A stretch of DNA of 64,000 nt from Nymphaea colorata (lineage: Eukaryota). The stretch lies in NCBI RefSeq assembly GCF_008831285.2, contig NC_045138.2, positions 3,658,001 through 3,722,000 of the forward strand, given 5' to 3'. Below are positions 47,840-58,885 of this stretch, piece by piece. Numbering within the stretch: the first letter of the stretch is position 1; each line of letters opens with the position of its first letter. The notes under the pieces were generated by a model. The model was not told the DNA's origin, ran no database searches, and was given only the letters and a program-made list of their open reading frames with translations. A program made the position numbers and the translations under genes.

Positions 47840-50800
47840 ACACATATTAGATGACTAATATATGTAATGTATATACATATATGTATGTATAGAAGGGATA
47901 TATACATTCTAACATACCCGTACCCATGTGACATAGTGTGCAACCTTAGATTATATCACGATCCATGACACCATAATTCCTCTAACGTCTAAAATCAGAC
48001 CAGCAACAAACGAGCAGGATGAATTGGTTTACAGTGCTAATCAAGAATTCGTTTTCTATCAATCAGGGGTGTAACAGTGACCAATTAAATGAGGACAAGA
48101 TTTTCCTAGAGAGGATACAGGACTTTTCCCCAAGTATTCCTGCCAAACAGGCTCGGTGCAGATATGCTGAATATAGCACAGTTACAGTCTATTTTGTTTG
48201 GGTTAAGTTCGACTGTATCTTTTTCCATTGGAAGTTCAACTGCATCTTTCTGGAAAACCCAAACAATAAATTAATGATCTTTAAAGAAAAATGGGGTGCT
48301 GCCCCTTCCCATTCCATGCTCCTCTCCAAGAACTCAAGAAACCCATTAAACGGTGACAACTGGCTTCCCTTCCTAACACTTAGTATTTCAACCAAATAAG
48401 GCTAGAGCCATCTCATTACTAGTAAGTCTGTCTGTGGACAGTTCTGTTCTATTAACATTTCCCAGCAGAACTCCTGCAGTAACTCTGGTCTGAGTGTTGT
48501 GATAGTTCTGAGCTAGCAGGCTTGGGTACATGACAAGCAACCAGGCATGATGTACGGTGTATCTACCCAGACCTGCTAGCCCTCAAGGTAATCACAACAT
48601 CCCTTAGTTTGAATTTTGGAAACAAACATAATGCAAAAGTAAAAAAGTCAACAAATTCAAGAGTCTTGATGTAGGTCACTCACAAGAGACAAATCTTCCC
48701 CTGAACTGCCTAGCCGCTCTAACGAAAGCAAGTATCTTGTCCAGAGCTCTCCAATCCATGGACAGCTTCTAGTGGCCCGAGTATACACAGCCTTGATAAC
48801 ATTAGGCACCTGGAATGAACAGTTTTCAGTAACTAGCCAGTGGCACCAATGTCAGGCATTTGGTGGAGGGTACCTTCAACTTATTATCCACATAACTCGT
48901 ATAATTGAGCCAAAGGTCACTTGATACTGGAAATTCTGTGATAGCACGCTCGTAAAGAACTTGAGTCCTTGCAGGATCACCAGATCGCTCTTCAAATTTT
49001 ATGTAGGACTGCAACAAAACCATGCACGGATATCATTGAAGTGAAAAAAGAGTATCACAATTATTATAGAGAGAGAGAAAAGCATTATCCACAAAAACAA
49101 AACACTATATGGATAGCATTATATGAAAACCTGTTATTTTCTTTGAAATTTTCAAGTTTAATTTGTAGCTAACCATTTAAAGTTCTCCTGATAAAGCTCT
49201 TCTGATGCTAACAAAAGCATAATTAATGACTAGGAGCTCCACTATAGAGCAACATGGCGATCACTTTGATCAAAATAAGAAATTAGAATCTTGCCAAGAT
49301 CCAAAAGGAAAGAAAAAAAAAGGAATATGAATTAAACACTTGTTAAAGAATAACAGGATGGCGGCCCTTCAGCACATTGAAAAACACTCAGTGCCAGCAT
49401 GTACAATGAATCATATAACTTGTGCTAATCATCTTCCAGTTTCTCTGAGAGACGAAATCTAATGACACAATGAAAACTAGCACAATCCAGCATGCATTAT
49501 ATGCTCACATGTTGTGAACAGTGAACAATAAGAAAGTTACAATGCGTACAACTTAGCAGTTCCCCTCTATTAGGTTGTACTTCAGAATTCATGAACTTCA
49601 ACTTTCATCATGGGTATGTCTTCTAGTTCAATTTCTTTCACTTGTGTCTAGTTTGTTTTGTACAATGAATAATAATAGCCAATTCAGAAGACAATTTTCC
49701 AATGCTCACAAGTCACTTTCAGATTTAATCACTAAGGCCACGTTTGATGGCCAAGAAAAATACTGTAGATCGAGTGGTTTTTTTTAATTTCGTACGGCTT
49801 CAACCCGTGTCAACAAACGCAGGAAAAAAATCCGCGCAAAAAACGCACGATCAGGGTAAATTTACCCTGGAAAAAAGTCGGACCTGGAGGGGTCCGACTT
49901 TTTTCCAAGGATTTTTTTTTTTGCCCGTTACCTTCATTCTTCGCATCCATTCTCGGTCGCCACCGCCTCTTCCTCCTCTGATCGACCGAGTTTGGTTCAG
50001 CTCGCGGCAGCATCTCCTTCACTCTCTTGTTCAAGGATGGAATGTGGACCCTCTTTCTCTCTCTCGCCCCCTCTCTCCCATTCCCTCTTGCTCCTTGTCT
50101 CTCTCTATCTCCGTCCATCTTGCCCCAGCCTGCCCCGCTGCTGATTGAAAAAGAGAAGCGGCGGTTCTGCACATCATCGTTCCCCATAAAGCTCCATTGG
50201 TGTGGTGGGCGTCAAAGCTTTCAGACTTAGAATATATGGCACATGATTTTGAGTGTTAACAGGATTATCCTCATCTTCAGTGTAATCTGGGCGTATCAAA
50301 AATGGCCTAATCGAGTCCTCGACATTGAATCCCTGCACCGGCATGGATATCCCCTTCTTCATGGGTTAGGGGCATCAACATGCCCCATTTTGCTCACATC
50401 GATAGTGGACTTTACCTCGGCGGCAAATTTTCACATTTCACGGGCTTTCATCTTGTGGTGAACGCGTTCTTTAGATAGGTGAGTTTCATTTGAAGGGAAG
50501 CTTCGCTTCTTATTGCTGTTAGAAGGCTTCGCTTTGTGTGAAATCAATGGAAAGGGCAAGCTTTCCCAAATTTTGGTTGAATCATTGGTTCTTTCATCTT
50601 CTTCTTATTCTTCTTCTTCTTATTTTTCTTGTGTATTTTTTTAGGTCGTTTTTACATAAAAAAAATTGAGGCCATCAAACATGGCCTGGATTAGGAAAAA
50701 GGAAATTTTAACCAACCGTACATTTACCATGGCTTTTTTACCTGGAAAAATTCTTCTCAAAAAATCCAGGCCATCAAACGTGGCCTAAAGACCTTGCTTA

Positions 50801-53800
50801 GACATCCAAAATCAATCAGCCAAGATGCACAACAGCAACCCTTCCTTTTCTGTTACATTGTTCAATTCTTTCTTAATATGCACATGTAGGAAGTTAGAAT
50901 ACTTGCAATCCCAGAAGGAATAAAGCAAACACAAAACTTTTTGGTGCAATTGAAATAAAAAGAAGGAAATAATATGCCAAACTAACATACATGTAAACTG
51001 TAATCAGAGAAAAATCACTAGTTGATTTTTTCCACATAAAGAATGTTCATACCATGAAACCTTGCAATTTCTCTGTTTCCAACACGTCTGGACCAGAAAC
51101 TCGTTCCTCATAACTGGCACGAGAATTGTACATCCCCAAAGCCTTTTTATATGCAGACATAACATTAGATGGAATGCTATCAAAATCAGTTGTCATCCCA
51201 TCAAGTTTTCCCTGCCCAATCTCCCACTGTTTGTACTCATCGAGCGTGAAACTCATGTTTGCAAGGGGGATAGATAACTGACGATGGAAAAGGCTACGAA
51301 TGCGGTCAGTCTGTCTAGCTTTTTCCTGCACAATACAACTTGACATTAAAGTGCGAACAACAAGAAGAGTTTGCTCTGGAATTGTATTTTTGGTGACAAG
51401 CAGAAGCTATAGTGACCAACCAACAAGATCTATAAACTAATCAATTAAGATAAACCATCGTCACACATATTGTTCTCGGAAAAATGTCGGTGAGGTTTTT
51501 CTCAGGTATTGTTTGGCTTAGTTGTTCTTCTCAGGAAAATCTTGACAATTTTCAAAAAATTAAGAAAATCATAAGATTCATAAAAAACCTTAAAAATTAA
51601 AAAATATTAAAATCTCAAGAAAAATCGCGACAAAATTGTGTTGGCAAGATTTTTCAAAATCTCGCGACCTTTCTCCGGTGACCGGATGTTTCATTTTATT
51701 TGATTTTCTCATAAATATCGTGATATTTTCGTATACGAAGCCTAGATATATTTTCTAAACCATCTGGTCTTCCACCTATATGAATTTATCGAACAGAAGT
51801 GGAGCCGGGCTCTAAACCAGTGAATTTCAGACCTTACCGGTATAGTCACGCTCAGGAGGCCATTGAACCTATGTCACCAAAATGATGGGTGCAGGTGCGG
51901 GTGCGGGTGCCGGTGCGGGTGCGGGTGCTGGTGCCGATGCGGCACATCTCAAAAAATTGTCGTGCAGCGGTGCGGCGAGGGTATTTATTATTATTATTAA
52001 TTTAATAATTTAATATATTAATAATATCAAATTTCATAAAAAACTAAAACAAAATGAAACTAATAGGGTTCGATCTTCAAGCCCTAGATGGAAGAATTCT
52101 AGGGCCATAATTTGCTGATAATGGTGGCTGCGATCTCCGCCACCACGATTATGTTACGATATAATTTTTAAGATAGAATAATTTGAGTCACCCTAATCCC
52201 TCATTCAAACAGGTCATTTATAGGTCAGAGGGCACTTTTCACCCTTGGGAAAGAAATTCACATGGCCAAGATTTTAGAAAATCAGGAAATTTCTCGTTCC
52301 AAAACACGGTCCCCTCAAGAAACAGGAATATGTAAAAAAAAGAAAATTAGTTTGATATACATGGAACCACTGTTGAAACTGCATGTTCTATGTATGGTAG
52401 CGACCAATTAAACATACCCAAAAAGAACCACATATACAAACAAAAAAAAAATGTAACTTTGCCGATAGTCGATTTGCACGGCAAATTGTTAAGGAAAAAA
52501 AATAACATAAAAAACGTGGCAATCCACCGTTAACTTTGCCGATAAATAGCTCCGTCGAGTCCGCCCTTCCAGAGAAACCTGCTACACAGAGCATTAGTAC
52601 CAGAGCCTTCCTCTTCTTCTTCTTCTTCTGCACTTTTTGGTTGAGAGACAGCAAGCGGCTCGGGATGGGGAAGGACACAGAGGTGACGGAGCAGGCGCGG
52701 AGGCCCAAGGGCCGCGAGATCAACTCCTGCTATCTCTCCTCTCTCACTCCGACCACGTCGTCGTTGTCCACCTCCCGCCGCTGCGCCTCGCCCTCTCAAC
52801 CTGTCACGGCTTCTCCCAATCGCGCCTGTGGGACAACCACCAAGAAAGCGCAGTCGCCAGTCGGCGAGCGTCGCCAACCCTCGACTGCCTCATGCCCGTC
52901 TACTCCCATGCCGGCAGCCATCTAATAGGGTGCGGATTAGGTGCGCACTGGAGGCGCATCCGCACCCGCATCTGCACCAGCGTCGCGTCGACACGGGTGC
53001 GTCACCAGGGTTGCCGCACCCTGGTGACATAGCATTGAACAATTAGTGAGACAGATGCTTACTGAAGGAGAAATAGCCAAGTAAGAGCATGTATTATTCC
53101 CCCACCCTATTAGTAAAAAAGAAAGATGGACAATGGCGATTTGTGTGGACTAAAGGGGCTGAATGTCATAACTATAAAAAATCAGTATCCTATTCCTATA
53201 GTTAAAAGAGTTGCTTGATGAGCTGAAAGGGGCAACAATATTTTCTAAACTCGACCTCCAAACAGGCACCATCAAGACATTCCTAAAACAGCCTTCAACT
53301 CATGAAAGCCATTATGAATTTAAGGTCATGCCCTTTGGGCTTACAAATGTGCTGGGGGCCTTATAAGCCCTTATGAATGAGATATTTCACCCATATTTGT
53401 GAAAGTTCGTTTTGGTATTTTTTTTATAATATACTAATCTATGGCCCTAACATAAGGAGCATGTGCATAAGCTGAAAGAAGTACTCAGCAGATTGAGAGA
53501 GCATAAATTGTACGCAAAGGCTGAGAAATGTCTGTTTGACGGCAAACAAATCACTTACATAGGCCACATTATATCCAGTCATGGGGTTCATATGGAGGAG
53601 GACAAACTCGCAGCCATACAACTGCCAAAGGAAATCAAGGGGTTGCGGACCTTCTAGGGCATGCAGGTTACTACTGCTGCTCTGTGAGATATTTCAAAGT
53701 TCAAACTGATGGCAGCACCTCTCGCGAAAATGTTGAAGAAAAACCAGTTTGAGTGAAATGACGAAAGAAAGAAGGTATTTGAATTGCTCAAGACTGCAGT

Positions 53801-56800
53801 AACTAATGCATCATTCTTAGCACTACCAGATTTCATTAAAGCTTTCGGTTTGGAGACTGATGCCTCAACAAAACAAGGGGTAGGAGCTTTATTAATTCAA
53901 GGGGACAATCCTATCACTTTTTTGACAGGCCAATGGGTGAAAAGTTTAAAGGTAAATCAGTTAATGAAAGGGAGCTGATTGCAATTGTACTAGCAGTCCA
54001 CAAGTGGCATCCTTATATAGTGGCTTTCAAATTTATACCAACCACCGCAGTCTAAAAACATTATCTACAGCAGAAGGTACTGAATTCTACGCAGCAAAAA
54101 TGGATAATTAAATTACTGGACTATGACTTTGGGTTACTATACAAGAAAGTGTCAGAAAATGTGGTTACTGATGGACTATCTAGGCAATTTGGACCAGAGT
54201 AGGCTGAAAATGACATACATTTTCAATTGCATACCTTGATGCTGCCCACAGTCCAAGCAGACCATTTTGTTGCTCGTGAAGTTTAAGGTAAAAAGATACC
54301 TACTTACCTACCCCATCTTTTTCTCTCGCTATAACATATATACGAGTGTGCATGTGTGTGATTGTATTGGTATAATCATATGGAGCAGCTTTAGATTTCT
54401 ATATAGAATGGCCTCATTTATATGCACATTCATTTGTATATTCTTGAACTGCATATCAGATATAGCCTACGCTTGCTTTACTAATTTTCTTTCTGAAGAC
54501 CGACTTGGACCAATTCCAGACTAGTCCCAACTAAGCCTTCTGTCAACTTATTTACATTTTCACCAAATACAAACTATTTCAGGATCCTTGCTTACATTAG
54601 TATCCTTTTGAGTTTAGCATACTTTAGAAGGATCATTTTCATCTTTTGAGGTTGTATAAATAATGCAGCTATTCAGCCACCGAAGGCATAAAAATAAGCA
54701 GGCTAGGAAGTAGTAAACAGAATCATGAATAAATAACTAAATAACGTACATATATATAACCCTGATACACTAGGATGAGTTTTTTGTGTAGAATTTTTGC
54801 ACCTAATCTAACCACAACAAATGCTCAATATGACTTTTACCACGTTACTAGAGCTAATCACCTCTGATGCCTCATAAGAGGCAAACTTTGATAGACCAAA
54901 TGAACAAGACTAGTCCTTCAAGAATGATCAAGAAATCTTCCCCAAGTCATTTTGACATACGAAAGCAGTGAATAGATCTAATCAAATAATGACTAAGCAC
55001 GCTTAAAAGTATACTTCTTGCAACCAAGTAAAGAAGAAACACACTTCTTATGTTACAATCTTTATGTTCCCCATTCTTCACTCTTATGTTTCCACTCTGC
55101 TTATTATGATTTTGCATCCTGCTCATGTGCTTTCTCATGCTTCACAGCTCTAGTATAATTCCTCTAAATGATAATCATGGCCACTTACATAATCCTTGGG
55201 GTTCTTAGCAGCAAGGTTTTTCTCAGGTATTTTTCAACAAAGTTGTTTTTCTCGGGAAAATTTCAGAAAATTTTGTCAACTTTTGAAAAATGAAAAAAAA
55301 TTCCTAAAAATTATGTAAAATAAAACAGATCAGAAACTAATAAAAACACACTAAAAAAACTAGACAAAATGATAAAAATAATCTTAATAATAATGATGTC
55401 TGAATAATGATAAAATGATGATAAATAATTTAATTTAAGTTTAAAGGTGAATCCATGAAGTCACTAACCTTAAAAGAGAAAAACAACAAAAAATAGAAAA
55501 AGCCACCGAAAAATGTGAGAAATATGTTTTTATGTTTTTTTCAAAAAGACATATTTTTTTGGCTTTTTCATTTTTTCCATTTTTCTTGTTAATACCGCAG
55601 TAATTTCGAAAATACCACGATATTTTTGGCTATGGTAATAACCACAGTGTTTAGCTTTTTAATTTAATTTTTTATTAATAATGAGAAAAGAACTTCTAGA
55701 AATGAGCTTCTTGTTTCGAGCTATAAAATAACATGTTAAAGACATTATTAATTTTTTTGCTGCTAGACTTACTAAATTTTTGTATCATACAAAATCTGGA
55801 TTTTGAATTAAGCTGAATATTATATGAAGTTTTAAGCTATAAATTGATAGATGGCAATTGATGCATTAAACATTCTAGATCTGGTTAAAAGCTTCACAAA
55901 GCAGAAAGAAAAGACCACATAAAATGTGAGTCAAAATGAGCTGGATGAAAGATGCTCCTGAAGAGAAACAGACATTGTCTAATGTACCAGAAAGATGCTG
56001 AGACATAAAGCTCTCGTGTGGCAGAAGTGGTCAAATGGGAGATGGAGCAAGCTAGAAATGGGTCAAGAAACTTCAGCTAAGAGGAAGAATGGTTGACAAT
56101 TAAGCATCTAAAAAACCCATACCTCAGCATCGGCCTCATCAATAGCTAGGTGGTAAGCCTGCTCAAATTCCCTGTATGCATCCCAGATTTTGCTCCCTTC
56201 AGCAATGTGTAGTCCACCAGAAGTTAGAGCTTGTTCAAACAGATCCCTCATCTTGGCGACACCATCTATCGTCAATGTGGAGACGGATTCATTGTATTCT
56301 TGAATAAAATTTAGATAATTACACCAAAGAGGAATAGACTGAAAAAAATGTAATTAGACATAATTAGTTTAAGAAAATAGAAAGAAAAAACTATTCAGTA
56401 TTTCCCACACTCTAGAATCTAGATGAAAAGCAAAAGTATTCATCAATCACCAAAGGCCTACCAGATATTCTTGAACCCCTCGTTCATATATGTTCTTCAC
56501 TGTAGTAAGTGCCTCAGGGCTGAAACAAGAGAAAATAACTGCACGGTTGGGAACAAAGTGCAACAACATTGCCAATTTTGGAATGCTTCAAAGAAAGAAA
56601 GCAATGAGCATGAACATGCCATCTTTCCCGTGTTTTAACCATGTACTGGGAAAAGCTGGAAAAAAATTCCCAAGCATATTAAATCCTTAAATGAGGAATT
56701 GGAATATTTATCTCCCATTCAAGCAGTAAAAGGGAACCCAATTTCATGAATCGAGACAGTTTATGCCAGGTTCTTGCCAGTGCTCTTTATGGAAACTCTT

Positions 56801-58513
56801 TCATCTCGTTAGTGGTAGCATTCCAAGACTTATGGACCTTTTACAGTAGTTCTTAGTCCCTTTTGAACTTGTCCATGATATCTAAGAGAAAAAAGATAGC
56901 TGCTGTCATTCTGAAGCTCAAATGAATATGACTGTTTATACCACCATCGCTATAACCATTGTCCCCTTAAACAGAGCACCTTCCTTTTCTTTACTCAACT
57001 AAAAGCAATGCAGAACCCATATAAAGGTGCTCATACAAAATGGTGCAATTTCAAGAGTATGAATAAGCAGATCCAGATATATAATTTATATAACCATTCT
57101 CTTTGGACGACGACATTTTGAAGCTTATTATCTTATTCTGTTGTTTTCTGCCAACTCCATCTCTGTTTCTTTGACATCATTAGTCTTAAATAAAATAAAA
57201 CCCTTAACCCAGTAAAAGGATTTTGCATACGGTCTAGGTATAAATGACAATCTCATTCACGGTAATTTAAATTGCAGCCCGCTCATTGTTTAGTTAGTCA
57301 GTGGAAACATCAAAAAGAAAAAGATAATCCGACATATTTTAGCCTTGAGCAAAATAAAGGATCGGACCTTTGAACCCTATCCCAGATATTACACAACGCT
57401 TAGACAATATAGAACACATAGACGACACAGTTACTATTGCAGGTAAACTGTAAGGCCTTTCACAATTGTGCGACATGGAAATGATTGAAAGTAAGATACG
57501 CAATTCAAAATATCCACTTAACAAGCCTTGTCCTGGTAGCATATCTAGCTAGAAGTTTGGAAGGGTAAAGTTGCATCTCAGCGAGAAGTACGGGATTAGG
57601 TCCTTCAGTTACCAGTTGATAATAACATATCGTAAGGCAACAACCAGTCAGGCCACTGCATGTGGAATTCTGAGAAAGAGGGCTATGATTCGTAAATGGT
57701 GCTGGCTATCTTGCAGGAGAGTACGACAAATTACCATGGGCTAGTAACTTGATTTGATCGTCTTGTTGATCTTGTTATTCTCTAGTAACTTTCTTGGTCT
57801 GTTACAAAACGACGATGTGGTAGTTCAAAGCTCGAGGTCAATGTGTAAACCGAAATGCTAAACGATATCGTCCAACACCGTAGCATTAGCAATAGAAGCT
57901 GAAACAAGGAAGAAGGACAATGGAATCAAGAACCCACCTCGTACTCAAGGACGATTCATCGCTAGCCCATTCCTGCCACATCGTCGGAGTTAACGGGAAC
58001 AGCGCACTCATCGATTCCCTGGCAGCTCGAAGCTTCTCGATTTCTCCTGCTTTCCTCAGGGACTTTATATACTGCCGGAAAGGAAAACAACCAACCAATA
58101 GAAGTGATCGTCCTCATCTTATGATTATGAAGTTTCGACATTTTTCTAGCTAACGGAAAAAAAAAAGGGAAAAATCCAGCATTCCTCTGCTACGCTCCTG
58201 CGGCGGAAAGCTATACACCGACGACATTCTCAGAGCAGAGATGGAACAGACAGCAGAGAGACCGGCAAGCCACGGGGACAGGGAAAGAGGACCGCACCTT
58301 AACTTGCGCATCGTAGTCATTAGGACTGTCCTGAACTGCCCGCTCAAGCGTTCTGATGTCTAGTGCTTCGTCTTCAGAGTCATCGGAGTCGGAATCTGCA
58401 GATGAGGAGTGGCCTCCTTCGGAGCCTTGAGGCATCTCCTCCGTGTCGAAAGAGGGCGGGTGATCCGCTGCTGCAAACTCTGGGTCGTCGTCGACGGTCT
58501 GGTTTTCGGCCAT
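13725..58513 (-). CDS. SART3: SART3/Prp24-like U4/U6 snRNP recycling factor (HAT/TPR repeats; Arabidopsis EMB140-like). 12 coding exons in window; 3' part (RRM domains) expected beyond position 1
   Basis: Hand-spliced exons with GT..AG borders join in one open frame (1653 nt): MAENQ...[11 protein letters not shown]...[47 protein letters not shown]/...[18 protein letters not shown]...[18 protein letters not shown]/...[14 protein letters not shown].../...[15 protein letters not shown]. These motifs match my recollection of plant SART3/EMB140. Confidence 0.93.
14078..14384. mobile_element. Degenerate hAT-like element (CTATGTCAC family)
   Basis: Right end catgtgacatag, eroded left end ccgtcacatg; TSD ttaataag / ttaacaag. 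Confidence 0.6.
15500..15562. repeat. Compound (CT)n(AT)n microsatellite
   Basis: Read directly. Confidence 0.9.
17761..17884 (-). CDS. SART3: SART3-like exon 11 ([14 protein letters not shown]...KRFSGSGSK)
   Basis: TTTGAAG| acceptor, AAG|GTAAC donor; 124 nt restores phase. Confidence 0.88.
17989..18131 (-). CDS. SART3: SART3-like exon 10 ([10 protein letters not shown]...[12 protein letters not shown])
   Basis: TACAG| acceptor, AG|GTCTG donor; 143 nt; follows the 21.2-kb intron. Confidence 0.9.
19428..20553 (+). pseudogene. Gypsy gag and aspartic protease remnant
   Basis: [51 protein letters not shown]; has stops and frameshifts. Confidence 0.88.
20569..25756 (+). mobile_element. Copia C: full-length Ty1/Copia, close relative of Copia B, inserted 15 bp into the Copia D 5' LTR
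   Basis: LTRs 20569-20851 and 25474-25756 (283 bp, 4 mismatches by eye); TSD gattg at 20564-20568 and 25757-25761; PBS at 20852. Confidence 0.96.
21169..25479 (+). pseudogene. Copia C gag-pol; single frame with three nonsense codons (21544, 22726, 25321)
   Basis: ORF-track pieces share one frame and are nearly identical to the Copia B protein. Confidence 0.93.
26368..30687 (+). pseudogene. Copia D gag-pol; one nonsense codon (26884), in-frame 33-bp duplication, 15-bp RT deletion
   Basis: TGG>TGA in gag; [11 protein letters not shown] twice at 28921-28986; KAR[LVAKG]FSQ deleted. Confidence 0.93.
30936..33293 (+). pseudogene. Gypsy RT-RNase H-integrase remnant
   Basis: [79 protein letters not shown]. 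Confidence 0.92.
33294..38436 (+). mobile_element. Copia E: Ty1/Copia lacking its 5' LTR and PBS; 3' LTR 38188-38436
   Basis: GC-rich leader abuts the Gypsy integrase; PPT tgagggggag, then a TG..CA LTR of 249 bp. Confidence 0.92.
33868..38193 (+). pseudogene. Copia E gag-pol; single frame with two nonsense codons (34297, 37927)
   Basis: ORFs 33862, 34309 and 37933 share a frame; complete Copia domain order. Confidence 0.93.
39225..39279. repeat. Compound (TA)n(GA)n microsatellite
   Basis: Read directly. Confidence 0.9.
39380..39487 (-). CDS. SART3: SART3-like exon 9 ([14 protein letters not shown]...IRKTFQ)
   Basis: TTCCAG| acceptor, CAG|GTTTG donor; 108 nt. Confidence 0.9.
41182..41969. 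mobile_element. hAT-like non-autonomous element (GATACG-repeat family), 788 bp
   Basis: Termini tagtgttgta.. / ..tacaacattg; TSD agtctaac / agtctaag; dense inverted cgtatcgtacgatacg subterminal motifs. Confidence 0.85.
41483..41577. repeat. 21-bp tandem repeat GAAATCATCGATTTCCATTGT (~4.5 copies) inside the hAT element
   Basis: Three exact and two decayed copies. Confidence 0.85.
43988..44162. repeat. ~34-37-bp minisatellite, A-B-A-A-B arrangement, core TCTCAGACTTT
   Basis: Units at ~43988, 44022, 44060, 44094, 44128; surrounding ~43400-44450 may be a retroelement non-coding remnant. Confidence 0.75.
46126..46170 (-). CDS. SART3: SART3-like exon 8 ([15 protein letters not shown])
   Basis: TGCAG| acceptor, GAG|GTAAG donor; 45 nt. 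Confidence 0.88.
46500..47936. mobile_element. Partial hAT-like element (CTATGTCAC family); right TIR intact, left end not located; hosts a solo LTR
   Basis: cccgtacccatgtgacatag terminus at 47936; ccgtacc subterminal motifs; GC-rich gacggcgg interior like element 2. Confidence 0.55.
47398..47914 (-). mobile_element. Solo LTR (517 bp)
   Basis: TG..CA ends; perfect 5-bp TSD taccc at 47393-47397 and 47915-47919; minus strand starts tgttagaat and has a TATA-like ccttataaata. Confidence 0.82.
48684..48809 (-). CDS. SART3: SART3-like exon 7 ([23 protein letters not shown]...DLSL)
   Basis: TTCCAG| acceptor after a 64-nt intron, |GTGAG donor; 126 nt. Confidence 0.92.
48874..49008 (-). CDS. SART3: SART3-like exon 6 (SYIKFEE...YVDNKLK)
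   Basis: TGCAG| acceptor, AAG|GTACC donor; 135 nt. Confidence 0.92.
49736..50785. mobile_element. PIF/Harbinger (Tourist-like) non-autonomous element, 1050 bp
   Basis: Perfect 17-bp TIR GGCCACGTTTGATGGCC; TAA TSD on both sides; extra TIR-like copy near 50670. Confidence 0.9.
51053..51325 (-). CDS. SART3: SART3-like exon 5 ([17 protein letters not shown]...KLQGFM)
   Basis: GTGCAG| acceptor, ATG|GTATG donor; 273 nt. Confidence 0.92.
51770..54200 (+). pseudogene. Heavily degraded Gypsy RT-RNase H fragment, split by hAT element 4
   Basis: [16 protein letters not shown] before the insertion; after it [41 protein letters not shown]. Confidence 0.82.
51869..53032. mobile_element. hAT-like non-autonomous element 4 (1164 bp)
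   Basis: TIR CTATGTCACCA; perfect 8-bp TSD cattgaac (51861-51868, 53033-53040); ggtgcg subterminal repeats. Confidence 0.92.
55176..55634. mobile_element. Possible old AT-rich MITE; related pieces near 14480-14750 and 51450-51760
   Basis: Termini catggcc.. / ..ggctatg; shared ggtttttctcaggtatt..ctcgggaaaa motifs; TSD only partly matching. Confidence 0.4.
56123..56338 (-). CDS. SART3: SART3-like exon 4 (SIPLWCNYL...AIDEADAE)
   Basis: TTTCAG| acceptor, GAG|GTATG donor; 216 nt, HAT motif. Confidence 0.92.
56462..56519 (-). CDS. SART3: SART3-like exon 3 ([19 protein letters not shown])
   Basis: TTTCAG| acceptor, CTG|GTAGG donor; 58 nt restores phase. Confidence 0.9.
57938..58071 (-). CDS. SART3: SART3-like exon 2 (YIKSLRKAG...SDESSLST)
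   Basis: CAG| acceptor, AG|GTGGG donor; 134 nt. Confidence 0.92.
58298..58513 (-). CDS. SART3: SART3-like exon 1 (MAENQ...DYDAQVK)
   Basis: ATG at 58513, acidic N-terminus, donor AAG|GTGCG; 216 nt. Confidence 0.88.
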
Positions 58514-58885
58514 CGTCCCTGTCACAGCACGGGGGCAAGGAAAGAGATAGTTTGGGACTCGAGAGGGGAGGGAGGGAGAGGGGGTGCTCTGAATATGGCT
58601 TTCCGGTGTAGGAAACGTTGTAGGTGCTGTGGCTTACTGCCGGCTAGGGTGACTATGGTTGACGGTAATTTTGTTCTGTCACCTTTCTGTGTGGAACAAG
58701 CGGAGCAGGGGCAGTCGATGGATCTTTAATGTCGATTTTTATAATTTAAATTTTAGAAACTTAAATTCAAATTGAAATGAAAACTTTAGTTATAGTCTTA
58801 TTTGATAATCCAACATCTTAATTTCATAATTAAAAATAATGTGTTCGATGAAACATGAATTAAAATTTTAGAATTGATAAATTTT

